64,000 nucleotides of DNA from Octopus vulgaris (GCA_951406725.2 OX597823.1:21638001-21702000), one strand, 5' to 3'. Positions 1 through 11,090 are shown, numbered from the stretch's first letter. A program made the numbers and translations. Notes: generated by a model not told the origin, from the sequence alone.

Positions 1-422
1 GACATCTCTGATTTGCTAATGTTTGGCCTAACATTGGTATTGCGTCTAAGGGGAAATTTAGACAGGATATCAATGTATTGGTCAAGGTAGTTATTTCTTC
101 CTTTTGGTGGGGTGAAATTTGATTTATTCCTTACTAGGGATTCATCAATCTCATTACTTTTGTTAGCGAAGAATTCTACAAGTCGTAATTTTCGACAGAA
201 TTTTTGGATATCCTCCTTTAATTCTTGGTGGTTGGCTGTTGGTGTAGGTGTGAATTTCAGTCCTTTTGACAGAAGTTGGATTTCATCATTGTCAAGATCT
301 CTTTTTGATAAATTAATTATTTTAGGATCTATACGTTCAGTTGTTTGGGGTATGTTTCCTCTTGGATTTTTTCTTTCTCCGGTGTTTGTTGTCCTGACGT
401 AAAAAAATGGATTTTTTTCTGG
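1..422 (-). CDS. PLE RT-containing ORF2, N-terminal ~140 codons, no ATG, in the -1 frame relative to ORF1
   Basis: Manual translation: PEKNPFFYVRTTNTGERKNPRGNIPQTTERIDPKIINLSKRDLDNDEIQLLSKGLKFTPTPTANHQELKEDIQKFCRKLRLVEFFANKSNEIDESLVRNKSNFTPPKGRNNYLDQYIDILSKFPLRRNTNVRPNISKSEM. An in-frame TAA lies immediately upstream (423-425). Confidence 0.8.
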
Positions 423-1573
423 TTATGATTTATATTTCTGTTGATGTTTGCTTGATGAATTTTGCGTTTTGGTTGTGGTACTTTACTTGGTTTCGTTATG
501 TTTTCTGTCTTGTTTTTGGTATTATGTATGCTACTTTTCAATTTCTTGTTAGCATTGTTTTTAACCACCTGGAGAAATGATCTGGGTTTACTTCTAGATC
601 TAGATCGGTTTTTTGTCCAGTTTCTTGTGGGTAATCTCTGTTGAGGTCTTGAAAATGATGTCCTGTTATTTCTACTGCTAATGGTCTGTTCAAAACAATA
701 TCTATTTTGTTTGTGCTTTTTGTTCATGTTGTGTGCATTAGGGTGTTTGCATACAAAATGGGAAGAGTTCTTACCGTAGTTCGTCTTCGATTCGTGGTGA
801 AACGGGTGTTCATGTTGCCACGTGTTCTGGTGTATGTTGCGTTGGTGAGGTTGTCCACTTTTAATGCTATTTCTCGGAGTTCTGGTGTCTTTACCGTAAT
901 TTGTAGCATATTTGTCGAGAAATAATTGTTTCCGCTGCCAAAACTTTCTTGATCTGCTTTCTTCTTTTGAGATATCTCTGATCCATAGTTCTCGCATTTT
1001 TTCTGCTATATTGCCGGTCGTTAGTTTGGATATTTCATCTCTGATTTGATCATCGATAGCTTCGTATTTGGCTTTGTAGCGGGATTGTTTAGACAGGGTA
1101 ATGGAGATGTCGGTCCTGAATTTTATCAAACTAAGGTCCCATCGAAGTTTAGTTTCTTCCTCTGGTTCTCCTGCAATTTCTTTAATTAGGTACTTCCGAG
1201 GAAGTATGGGTGCCGCTAAAGATATCCATTTCGAATGTATTTCAGCATATTTTTCGCATTTATATGCCTTCCAGAAGTTTTGTTTTCTTATGTTAAGGAG
1301 TTTTTTCCATGTCTTCTGTATCTCTTCTCTTTTTCGGTGTGCCTCTTTTTCCAGATTTCTTTCGTTTATTTCTGACATCCAAGGAGGTTGTGGTAGGCTT
1401 TCTCTTGTAGATTTTATAATTGTTGGTATCATTTCAGCTAAATTCTTAATTTCAGAGTTTATGTGTTCATTTCCAAGTTTTCCGTCTGTAGACTGTTTTT
1501 CTATTTCCTTTAAAATAGAGGATTGTGTGTCAATCATCGTGATGAGTGTTGATAATTTCGATGAAATTTCCAT
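329..1573 (-). CDS. PLE ORF1, 414 aa; helical/coiled-coil-like N-terminal half and basic K/R/N-rich C-terminal half
   Basis: Only long non-microsatellite ORF in the window. The frame stays open upstream of the Met (GKQQTKLTESERILM) up to the (TA)n tract, so it is probably 5'-truncated. Confidence 0.75.
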   Translation of the reverse strand: MEISSKLSTLITMIDTQSSILKEIEKQSTDGKLGNEHINSEIKNLAEMIPTIIKSTRESLPQPPWMSEINERNLEKEAHRKREEIQKTWKKLLNIRKQNFWKAYKCEKYAEIHSKWISLAAPILPRKYLIKEIAGEPEEETKLRWDLSLIKFRTDISITLSKQSRYKAKYEAIDDQIRDEISKLTTGNIAEKMRELWIRDISKEESRSRKFWQRKQLFLDKYATNYGKDTRTPRNSIKSGQPHQRNIHQNTWQHEHPFHHESKTNYGKNSSHFVCKHPNAHNMNKKHKQNRYCFEQTISSRNNRTSFSRPQQRLPTRNWTKNRSRSRSKPRSFLQVVKNNANKKLKSSIHNTKNKTENITKPSKVPQPKRKIHQANINRNINHNQKKIHFFTSGQQTPEKEKIQEETYPKQLNV

Positions 1574-1632
1574 TAGAATTCTTTCGGATTCTGTTAATTT
1601 TGTTTGTTGCTTTCCATATATATATATATGGG

Positions 1633-1675
<43 letters not shown>

Positions 1676-2300
1676 AGAGTAGAAAACGAAGCCACAGAAT
1701 TATTGCTAAATTGAATTAAAGAACTAGAAAGCCTTACAGTATAGTTAATACAATTTATATAAAGTAATAAATTGCCATTGCTTAAAGTCAAAAGCTAAAT
1801 ATTTCTGTATAAAATATCTTTATCAAACGCACGAAAGAATATTATCATAAAAGTAGCTATGGTACATCAGCAGATCTTAGACTGCCATTCCGCCTTTATC
1901 AACGATGAAGTCATCTTCTTGCGAGAATCTTTTGTATGAAGAAAACCCTTAGACAGGCTTTTCATTAGAGAAATCCTTTGGTCTTGAATGACATTTTATG
2001 AAGTATATACATTTGATGTTATTTGACATGGCCATGTTGTTATATAGCATGACCAGCTATTCCATCTTCTTTACTACACCCCATTAGTCGAAGTGGAAAT
2101 ATTATTGAAATAGAATATAGAGCGATGAAAATATTATTAAATTAAATGAGAAGATAAGATTGCCTAAGAATTTAATTATTACAATGCATATATAATAATG
2201 TATTATAAAATGTTTAAAGTCAAAAGCTAAATATTAGAACCCAAGACGCTTTGTTCAAACACATCAAAGAATATCAACATAAATATATATGTAAGTGCAC

Positions 2301-2349
<49 letters not shown>

Positions 2350-2392
2350 GGCAGGCAGGCAGACAGACAGACAGACTGACAGACAGACTGAC

Positions 2393-2448
<56 letters not shown>
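2301..2448. repeat. (GATA)n/(GACA)n/(GGCA)n compound microsatellite
   Basis: Directly visible. Confidence 0.95.
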
Positions 2449-2450
<2 letters not shown>

Positions 2451-2607
2451 GCATACATATATACGTATATTCACATTATATACACATTCATATAGATTTA
2501 TGTAAGTATACATATAGAGATATATATATTTATGCTTGTATATTATAATGTGAACGTGTAAGTATGCATATAAGTATGTGTTTATGTGCGTCTGTATGCG
2601 CTTGTGT

Positions 2608-2659
<52 letters not shown>

Positions 2660-2926
2660 GTGTGTGTGGGTGTGTGTGTGTGTGCATACATTCACACAGA
2701 TGTAAGTGTGGAAATGTTCCAAAAGCACTTAGACATACTTCTATCTGAAATCCCAGCCGAGTCCACATCGCGGCAGGAGGCACAAAGAAGAGCAGCTTCG
2801 TCCAACTCGCTTCTTCACCAAAAGCAGTACTGAAAGTAGACCCAAAAACACTTAAAGGTGGTGTTCCAGCAAGGCCCCAACCTCTGACTGAAACTAGTAA
2901 AAGAATAAAAGAATAAATAGATGTAC

Positions 2927-2968
<42 letters not shown>

Positions 2969-3089
2969 TCAAACCTATAAGGGACGGCCATAATAGGACA
3001 CCCGACTCACTAGAAAGAGCAGCCAAACTCCAAACCACTAATAGTTGTAATTCTGAAATGGAAAGAGAAATAAAAACGTTTACCCTTTC

Positions 3090-3183
3090 CCTTTCCGAAC
3101 TATGCATAGTTTCGACAATCTTTAGTAAATAAATTAATTTAATTAATTTATTTATCACTGGCGTTGTCTCGTCAGCAGAAAAG
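3090..3183 (-). ncRNA. Type I hammerhead ribozyme (pLTR copy 1, GUU site)
   Basis: Minus strand: CTTTTCTG-CTGACGA-GACAA...TTGTC-GAAA-CTATGCATAG-TT-CGGAAAGG. Confidence 0.75.
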
Positions 3184-3557
3184 CCAAGGACCAACATATA
3201 TACACGAGGCGATGATAAACGTGCCTCGCGTCTATATGCTATAAATTTTCAAAATCCACCACGTTAGCGCGGTTTACTCAGCAGTAAATATAAACTGCCG
3301 ATTTAATTTCAAAATTAGCCAAAAATCATTAATTAATAAATTTTAGGGTAGCAAAAAATTCTAGAAAAATTCTCCGCTACTAGCGGTCAAGTGAGAGAGA
3401 AAAAATAGTCAATAGACTATATAATATAATATACATTCAAACCTATAAGGGACGGCCATAATAGGACATCCGACTCAATAGAAAGAGCAGCCAAACTCCA
3501 AACCACTAATAGTTGTAATTCTGAAATGGAAAGAGAAATAAAAACGTTTACTCTTTC

Positions 3558-3651
3558 CCTTTCTGAACTATGCATAGTTTCGACAATCTTTAGTAAATAA
3601 ATTAATTTAATTAATTCATTTATCACTGGCGTTGTCTCGTCAGCAGAAAAG
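3558..3651 (-). ncRNA. Type I hammerhead ribozyme (pLTR copy 2, GUU site)
   Basis: Minus strand: CTTTTCTG-CTGACGA-GACAA...TTGTC-GAAA-CTATGCATAG-TT-CAGAAAGG. Confidence 0.75.
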
Positions 3652-3764
3652 CCAGGGACCAACATATATACACGAGGCGATGATAAACGTGGATTTTGAA
3701 AATTTATAGCATATAGACGCGAGGCACGTTTATCATCGCCTCGTGTATATATGTTGGTCCTTGG

Positions 3765-3858
3765 CTTTTCTGCTGACGAGACAACGCCAGTGATAAATAA
3801 ATTGATTAAATTAATTTATTTACTAAAGATTGTCGAAACTATGCATAGTCCAGAAAGG
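3765..3858 (+). ncRNA. Type I hammerhead ribozyme (pLTR copy 3, canonical GUC site)
   Basis: Stem I CTTTTCTG/CAGAAAGG; core CTGACGA (3773); stem II GACAA/TTGTC with an AT-rich hairpin extension; GAAA (3835); palindromic stem III CTATGCATAG; cleavage predicted after C3850. Confidence 0.85.
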
Positions 3859-4101
3859 GAAAGGGTAAACGTTTTTATTTCTCTTTCCATTTCAGAATTA
3901 CAACTATTAGTGGTTTGGAGTTTGGCTGCTCTTTCTAGTGAGTCGGATGTCCTATTATGGCCGTCCCTTATATGTTTGAATGTATATTATATTATATAGT
4001 CTATTGACTATTTTTTCTTTCTCACTTGACCGCTGGTAGCCGAGAATTTTTCTAGAATTTTTTGCTACCCTAAAATTTATTAATATATATATATATATAT
4101 A

Positions 4102-4182
<81 letters not shown>

Positions 4183-4186
4183 ATAA

Positions 4187-4392
4187 TATGTGACAATTAT
4201 TCGGTAGCCATGATAAAACTCCGAGTTTCGGATGTGGGCGGCGGAAACCCACGCCGCCATCACTTCAGTTATCCGGCCATCGAAAAATGCATTATTACGA
4301 TGGCCGGATAACTGAAGTGATGGTGGCGTGGGTTTCCGCCACCACATCCGAAACTCAGAGTTTTATCATAGCTACCGAATAATTGCCACATA
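4187..4392. mobile_element. ~205-bp near-perfect palindrome made of two inverted hammerhead-bearing modules (PLE pLTR-like)
   Basis: Arms TATGTGACAATTATTCGGTAGC...ATG|CAT...GCTACCGAATAATTGCCACATA, centre 4289/4290. Right arm 4307-4367 reads GATAA-CTGAAGT-GATG..CATC-C-GAAA-CTCAGAG-TT-TTATC. Confidence 0.75.
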
Positions 4393-4469
4393 TATTTACT
4401 GATAAATTCCTCTATTTACATAATATCGTGGTCACTTTCATTCTTTTTTGTCTAACCATTTCTATCAAG

Positions 4470-4599
<130 letters not shown>

Positions 4600-4738
4600 T
4601 TTTAATAATAGAAAGTAGAATCGAGTTTTTGTTAGACCTTCATTAGAAAAAAGATAATCTGGTTTCAACCTACAGAGAGATTATTTAGTTTCCAGTTACC
4701 TATAGTGAAAATAGTGGCTACGCAACAAGTTTTTATCT

Positions 4739-5036
4739 CTGTATTTAAGAGATGAGGAATTATGTACATTATTTACATTATTTACACGTGACGAATATGC
4801 CCACGGGCATATGGCGTAGCGGTTAAGAGCGCGGGCTACTAACTCCATGATTCCGTGTTCGATTCCTGGCAGTGTCCTGAATAATAATAATAATAATAAT
4901 AATAACATCGAAAAATACCTTAGGAATGAGAAATTTGCCCCAAGACACCTGATGAAGGCTGGAGGGTATATCTACCGAAAAATTGTGTTAACAACAAACA
5001 AGATGAAGACAAATATCCGTCAAATGTAAATAATGT
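4739..5036 (+). mobile_element. Short composite element: inverted tail, tRNA-like head, (AAT)n, degenerate hammerhead, tail
   Basis: A box TGGCGTAGCGG (~4812) and B box GTTCGATTCC (~4857); GACAC-CTGATGA...GAAA-AATT-GTGTT (4944-4989); flanking direct repeat AAGTTTTTATCT at 4727 and 5037. Confidence 0.7.
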
Positions 5037-5329
5037 AAGTTTTTATCTTTCAGTGGCCAGAAATATTTAGGTAATCCAATTTCCAGATTCTCAGCGCTTA
5101 CACTGTTATTAAGCAAATGAAGTGGGCCAGTTTGTTTACACTATAAGTAGCTATAGGTTAATAATTTTCCCGCTCACAGAAGATTGGTATTCTTTCTGTG
5201 ATATTCATCCAATAATAAATCTAGAAACTGTAAAATTTCATTCAACTTTTTTCAGTCTAAAGAGATATAAAAACGTGTACTCATTTCACATTATTTCAAA
5301 AATTCTATAGTGCATAACTAATTAAATAA

Positions 5330-6270
5330 AAAATTATATGCGTCCATGCTGGAGAAGATAAAAGTTTTATAGATATAAATAATTTTGTTGCAAGGCTTTC
5401 TGTAAGGCAGTATTAGTAGGTCTTAGGATCTGGAGTGCCATCCAGCAAATTGAATTTGCTTACATTGATGGTAACTGTTGTGTACAGGACGACCTCTATG
5501 AAGATATCTATAACATTTTTCCTGAAATTGTGGCTGTGTAGTAAGTAGCTTGTTTACCAACCACATGGTTCCGGGTTCAGTCCCACTGCGTGGAACCTTG
5601 GGCAAGTTTCTTCTACTATAGAATCGGGCCGACCAAAGCCTTGTGAGTGGATTTGGTAGACAGAAACTGAAAAGAAGCCCGTCGTATATATGTATATATG
5701 TATATGTGTGTATATGTTTGTGTGTCTGTGTTTGTCCCCTCAACATCACTTGACAGCCGATGGTGGTGTGTTTACGTCCCCGTAACTTAGCGGTTCGGCA
5801 AAAGAGACCGATATAATAAGTACTAGGCTTACAACGAATAAGTCCTGGGGTCAATTTGCTCGACTAAAGGCGGTTCTCCTGCATGGCCACAGTCAAATGA
5901 CTGAAACAAGTAAAAGAGTAAAAGAGTAAAAGAGTAAATTATCTCTGACGAATGATCGACAAGAAAACCGAGCTGCTGTACCGATGTCATCAAAGAAACG
6001 ATATGTTAAGGAACTTCAAACCATTGCCTGCTAATACTATGACATCTCATTTTTACCTCTACTGGTTCATGCTCTATTACAGTATAAACAACACCTGTTT
6101 TCTTAGAGTAAGATTATTCTGTTTTCGTTGACGCCAGGGTAATGTAGCAGCGTTGATTTTCAGTTGCATATATATCAAACAGTGTTATGTACGAAATATT
6201 GTTGAGTAATCTGACACAGAAAGCACACATTTCCATGCGGTATTAGCCTGACACCATCAGATTGGTTATC
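5330..6270 (+). pseudogene. Possible highly decayed Helitron PIF1-helicase relic, interrupted by a SINE
   Basis: Scattered frameshifted peptides (NYMR, YNIFPE, VMYEILL, ISLTPSD) in the order expected for Helitron helicases; weak similarity only. Confidence 0.25.
5530..5937 (+). mobile_element. tRNA-derived SINE family A (internal microsatellite, (GTAAAAGA)n tail)
   Basis: GTGGCTGTGTRGTAAG / GGTTCAGTCCC boxes; near-identical copies elsewhere in the window. Confidence 0.9.
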
Positions 6271-6680
6271 TCACTATGTGGAGCACATCGCTCACTGACT
6301 TTACTAAGCTGTCAAATTCTATTGGTTGTAGAAACGCTGGGACACCCGCCTGTCCCTTCCTTCCATTACGTAGAATATCAAACAGAATAATCCATAGCTG
6401 CAGATTTTTCAGATTACTCACGTGATCGGAACTGACCAATGGAAATTTCCGAATTTCCTAACTTCGAAATCATTTTTTATCTTTCCTCATTCTAACCCTA
6501 GATATCTAAGGATCAAGATGGTAATCTTACACGACATAACATTAAGTAATCAGAAGCTTACCATCTTGTTCATCTATGGGTGTGCATGTGTGTGTATGTG
6601 TGTGTGTATGTCTGTATCTCTGTGTGCGTGTGTGTTTGTACGTGTGTGTGCGTATGTGTTGTATGAAATTGTATGCTGTA

Positions 6681-7086
6681 TTACTCTTTTACTTGTTTCA
6701 GTCATTTGACTGCGGCCATGCTGGAGCACCGCCTTTAGTCGAGCAACTCGAACCCGGGACTTATTGTTTTTGTAAGCCCAGTACTTATTCTATCGGTCTC
6801 TTTTTGCCGAACCGCTAGGTGACGGGGACGTAAACACACCAGCATCAGTTGTCAAGCAATGCTAGGGGAACAAACACAGACACACAAACACAGACACATA
6901 CATATATATATACATATATACGACAGGCTTCTTTCAGTTTCCGTATACCAAATCCACTCACAAGGCATTGGTCGGCCCGGGGCTATAGCAGAAGACACTT
7001 GCCCAAGATGCCACGCAGTGGGACTGAACCCGGAACCATGTGGTTGGTTAGCAAGCTACTTACCACACAGCCACTGCTGCGCCTAT
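6681..7086 (-). mobile_element. SINE family A, full length
   Basis: Reverse complement of 28622-29045. Confidence 0.9.
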
Positions 7087-7747
7087 GTATATATATATTT
7101 ACCAAGAAAATACAGAAAGACCTTCTTCGTGCGAGTGTGCGCGCACGCATTATAGTAGGTATAAGAAAGTGGGTTACGAATATTTGAAAGAAAATACTGG
7201 TGGATAGGAGAGCTAATATTATCGGAGTATTTTTGATAAATCACAAGCCTTAGGATTATTAAAAATACTTGAAAAAATGGATACTTTAACAAGGATAATT
7301 TTAAATGTTATGCCTGTATAATGTGACTGTGTAAGAGAAAGTATCTCATAAATAAGAAGACCAGTTTTGGAGTCAGATATATATGAATAATTAATAGTAA
7401 TCTCTGTCAAAGACAAAAACTAATATAGATTAATGACTGTTCGTTATCAGTAAAAACTTTTTTCTGTGATTTTATAGTAGTATAAGAACAGAAAAATATA
7501 TTAAATGTAATTGAATAATACATCATAATCGTAGGAATAAGTTAATGTCTGTGATACTAAGGGAGAAGAAACTCTAAGAAAAATACTTGAAGGAAATTAA
7601 AAACGAATATACGTATAATGGTTTTTTTCGTATTATGTTCGCAAAAGAATAAAAATAAATAATAAAAGTTACCTGTGTTGCGTACGTTGCCACTGAACTT
7701 AAAAAGGAAAATATATTCTTATATTGATGATTAATGTATATCACTAT

Positions 7748-8362
7748 TGGTTTCAAATTTTGGCACAAGGCCAGTAAGTTCGGGTGAGGGCTTAATTCGA
7801 TTACATTGACCCCAGTACTTAACTGGTACTTATTTTATCGACCCCGAAAGGATGAAAGGCGAAGACAACCTCGGCGGTGTTTGAACTTCGACCATAAGGA
7901 CAGGCGAAATGTTGTTAAGCTTTTTGTTTGGTGGGCTAACGATTCTTATTTCTTCACTGCCCACAAGGGGCTTCACATAGAGGAGACAAACAAGGACAGA
8001 CAAACGGATTAAGTTGATTATATCGACCCCAGTGCGTAACTGGTACTTAATTTATCGACCACGAAAGGATGAAAGGCAAAGTCGACCTCGGCGGAATTTG
8101 AACTTAGAACGTAGTAGCAGACGAAATACCTATTTCTTTACTGCCAAAAAGGGGCTACACACAGAGGGGACAAACAAGAACAGACAAACGGATTAAGTCG
8201 ATTATATCGACCCCAGTGCGTAACTGGTACTTATTTAATCGACCCCGAAAGGATGAAAGTCAAAGTAGACCTCGGCGGAATTTGAACTCAGAACGTAACG
8301 GCAGACGAAATACTGCTAAGCATTTCGCCCGGCGTGCTAACGTTTCTGCCAGCTCGCAGCCT
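7748..8362 (-). mobile_element. SINE family B tandem multimer (Deu/Nin-like central domain)
   Basis: Three repeats of TCGACCCCGAAAGGATGAAAGGC...CTCGGCGGAATTTGAACT; head ...TCTGCCAGCTCGCAGCCTT at the right end. Confidence 0.9.
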
Positions 8363-8390
8363 TAATTAATGCATATTATTACTATTATTT

Positions 8391-8600
8391 AAGGCGGCGA
8401 GCTGGCAGAATCGTTAACAAACAGGACAAAATGCTCAGCGATATTTCGTCCGTCTTTACGTTCTTAGTTCGAATTCCGCCGAGGCTGACTGTGTTTTTCA
8501 TCCTTTATGGATCGATAAAATAAGTACGAGTTGAATACTAGGATCGATGTAATCGATCCCCTCCCCCGAAACTGCTCGCCTTGTGCCAAAATTTGAAACC
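8391..8600 (+). mobile_element. SINE family B
   Basis: AAGGCGGCGAGCTGGCAGAATCGTTA head; GCCTTGTGCCAAAATTTGAAACC tail. Confidence 0.85.
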
Positions 8601-9042
8601 GTTATTACTATTGTTTAAAGGTTAATGTACATCATTCGTAAGGTAGCTAACTGAAAAAATTAAGGTGTCAGTGAGAAGACATTGCAGTGTTTGTTTCGGT
8701 GGTTTAAATTCAAATTCCATGAAGCAGTTATCAGTTTGCTTTTTATCTTCTCGGTGTCGATAAAACAGAGTACCAGTCGTGGCTGGGTTATTAAATTGGA
8801 GACATTTTTAGAACATCGAACAAGGTGTCATGTTGTGAAAGCTTGTCTGAGAGATTATTCTTAAGTAGTTAATGCAAACCGTTGCTTTGTTTAACGTCAC
8901 CTGGCTTTTTGCTTAAGCTTTGCAGAGTCTATTATATTGCAAGCATTCGGACCTGGTCTCCGCTATTAGAATACCTAAAAATAGTGTCGTTATTGATAAA
9001 TTGCAAATAAGCTTACAATTTTACAATTGTTCATTAACGACC

Positions 9043-9402
9043 ATACTTAACTGGTACTTATTTTATCGACCCCGAAAGGATGAAAGGCGAAGACAACCTC
9101 GGCGGTGTTTGAACTTCGACCATAAGGACAGGCGAAATGTTGTTAAGCATTTTGTTTGGTGGGCTAACGATTCTTATTTCTTTACTGCCCACAAGGGGCT
9201 ACACATAGAGGGAACAAACAAGGGCAGACAAACGGATTAAGTTGATTATATCGACCCTAGTGCGTAACTTGTACTTAATTTATCGACCCCGAAAGGATGA
9301 AAGGCAAAGTCTACCTCGGCGGAATTTGAACTTAGAACGTAAAGACAGACGAAATATATATTTCTTTAACATCCACAAGGGGCTAAACACAGGGAGGACA
9401 AA
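9043..9402 (-). mobile_element. SINE family B dimer; near-duplicate of 7815-8170
   Basis: Shares private variants (GAAGACAACCTCGGCGGTGTTTGAACTTCGACCATAAGGACAGG) with 7860-7905. Confidence 0.85.
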
Positions 9403-9798
9403 TAGTGTAAATAGTTTTGCTTATACCAAAGAACAGTTTGACTATTTTTGACTGGTTACTACAGCCTTTTCAAGAATCATTTCATAGGACGGCATGAAGA
9501 CACAAGCAATAACTTGGGCTCTTCCAGTGTTCGATTTTCAGAAAAAAGCTCTGTTTTAACCATATGGCTGTTTAAACAGCGAGGCTGAACGGATGTTTGT
9601 TACATGTGCGTTATCTGACATTTTAATAATTTATACATGATTATACCCATATTTCCCTATGCATGTCTATCAATGCATCAATACATACAGAGATGTATGC
9701 ATGTATATATACATGCATGTTGGTGAAGAGGCGTATGTGATTAGATATATTATATATGTTGGTATACATGCATGCATATAAATATATATTCATACATA

Positions 9799-9832
<34 letters not shown>

Positions 9833-9837
9833 CATAC

Positions 9838-9868
<31 letters not shown>

Positions 9869-10449
9869 CGTGTGTGTGTATATGTGTATTGGTATACATA
9901 TGCGTTTGTGCATGTATGTATAGGTTAGTGATGAAAAGTTGAAAGTTGACGGTACTGCCGTTGATTACAGTAAGACACGTGACCTTTGCAGACATTCTCT
10001 TGAATAGACATTAACTAGATGTCTTCTGCAGCTTATCTCTCTCGCTCTTTTGCAACAATACTATTTATTACTCAAACCGTACAATGGTGCACACACATGC
10101 ATACAAACAAGCATACACACATAAACCCACACACGCACAAATATACACTTACACTGAGGTGTATAAACATACACACACTCACACATATCTATCTATTTAT
10201 CTGCATGTGCGTATGTGTGCGTGTGTCTATGTATGTATCTTCTTGTGAACATATGAGCTTGTGCATATGTGTGTGTGTGTGTGTGTGTGTTTAAGCATTC
10301 CTAATCTGTATGTATTAATGAATAACTCAATGTACACAAAGGCACGTACTTGTACATACAAGTGCATTCAGCGTATACAAAATCGCAGACACACGCGCAC
10401 GCTCACACACATATAACACATACACACGCATTATGTATATATATGTACA

Positions 10450-10498
<49 letters not shown>

Positions 10499-10842
10499 CA
10501 CATATATTCTTATATAACGTACAACACACATGCATATATATACATACTCACTAACACGTATATGTGGTTTGTGGGTGTACGTTTGTATGTCCGAGTGTAT
10601 GAACCTTGGTTATTAGTGGCATACTTCAAAGACATCAAAGCTGACGCATATAAACACATATACGTAATGTCTCTACACTACATGTCTTTATCTGTATGCA
10701 AGTATCGATGTGTGTACACGTACGTATTTGTGTACGAGTGGTGTGTTTCTTTGTCATAGCAGTCACGTTCACAAACTTGTATATCTGATTATATATTGCA
10801 ATTTTTTTTCTGGGGACACGTAATCTTTATATGCATACATGC

Positions 10843-10887
<45 letters not shown>

Positions 10888-10904
10888 TATATCTATCTCG
10901 TTTT

Positions 10905-11090
10905 GGGATTTGGTTTGCAAGATTCTTTATATGAGTTCGTGTGTTGAAGCATATTCTGTTGTGCCTGGAGAGAGTCATTTTCTTTTTGTGCCTTATAATG
11001 TATCACACTCATCGGTAAAATTTCCACTTATTTCATATTTTTATTTCCCTAAAATTTTCGTTGCGTCTTGCAACCTTTTCAATAGTCTTA
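10905..11090 (-). mobile_element. PLE tail-like module with degenerate hammerhead, beside (TA)n
   Basis: Minus strand TTGAAAA-G-GTTGC-AAGAC-GCAAC-GAAA-ATTT-TA (about 11050-11083); the core is damaged. Confidence 0.4.

Larger units (their letters stand above)
1..1615 (-). mobile_element. Penelope-like retroelement, 5' portion (ORF1 plus start of RT ORF); continues beyond the left edge
   Basis: Two overlapping stop-free frames on the minus strand. The downstream frame encodes IINLSKRDLDNDEIQLLSKGLKFTPTP...FCRKLRLVEFF...KSNFTPP...NISKSE, the conserved N-terminal region that precedes PLE reverse transcriptases. The 5' end abuts (TA)n at about 1616. Confidence 0.85.
2961..4084. mobile_element. 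Penelope-type pseudo-LTR array: 468-bp unit in partial tandem (2961-3428, 3429-3690) plus an inverted copy (3689-4084), between (TA)n tracts
   Basis: ATACATTCAAACCTATAAGG at 2963 and 3431; 3689-4084 is the reverse complement of the unit; each copy carries a hammerhead. Confidence 0.85.

Noticed and set aside
1101-1682. 193-aa plus-strand ORF (also 112-402)
   Set aside because: Antisense shadow of the PLE ORFs.
1783-2235. 22-bp direct repeat TTAAAGTCAAAAGCTAAATATT (1783 and 2214) as a PLE terminal repeat
   Set aside because: No hammerhead or further similarity; could be a TSD of an unidentified ~410-bp insertion, but I cannot support a call.
5945-5975. CTGACGA...GAAA as a hammerhead
   Set aside because: No stem II or III pairing.
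6849-7187. Recurrent small ORFs (TCPRCHAVGLNPEPCGW, RNWYLIYRPRKDERQ, MLVLGFSADETTP) as a peptide gene family
   Set aside because: They are translations of SINE families A and B and of the pLTR unit, with variable stops and frames.
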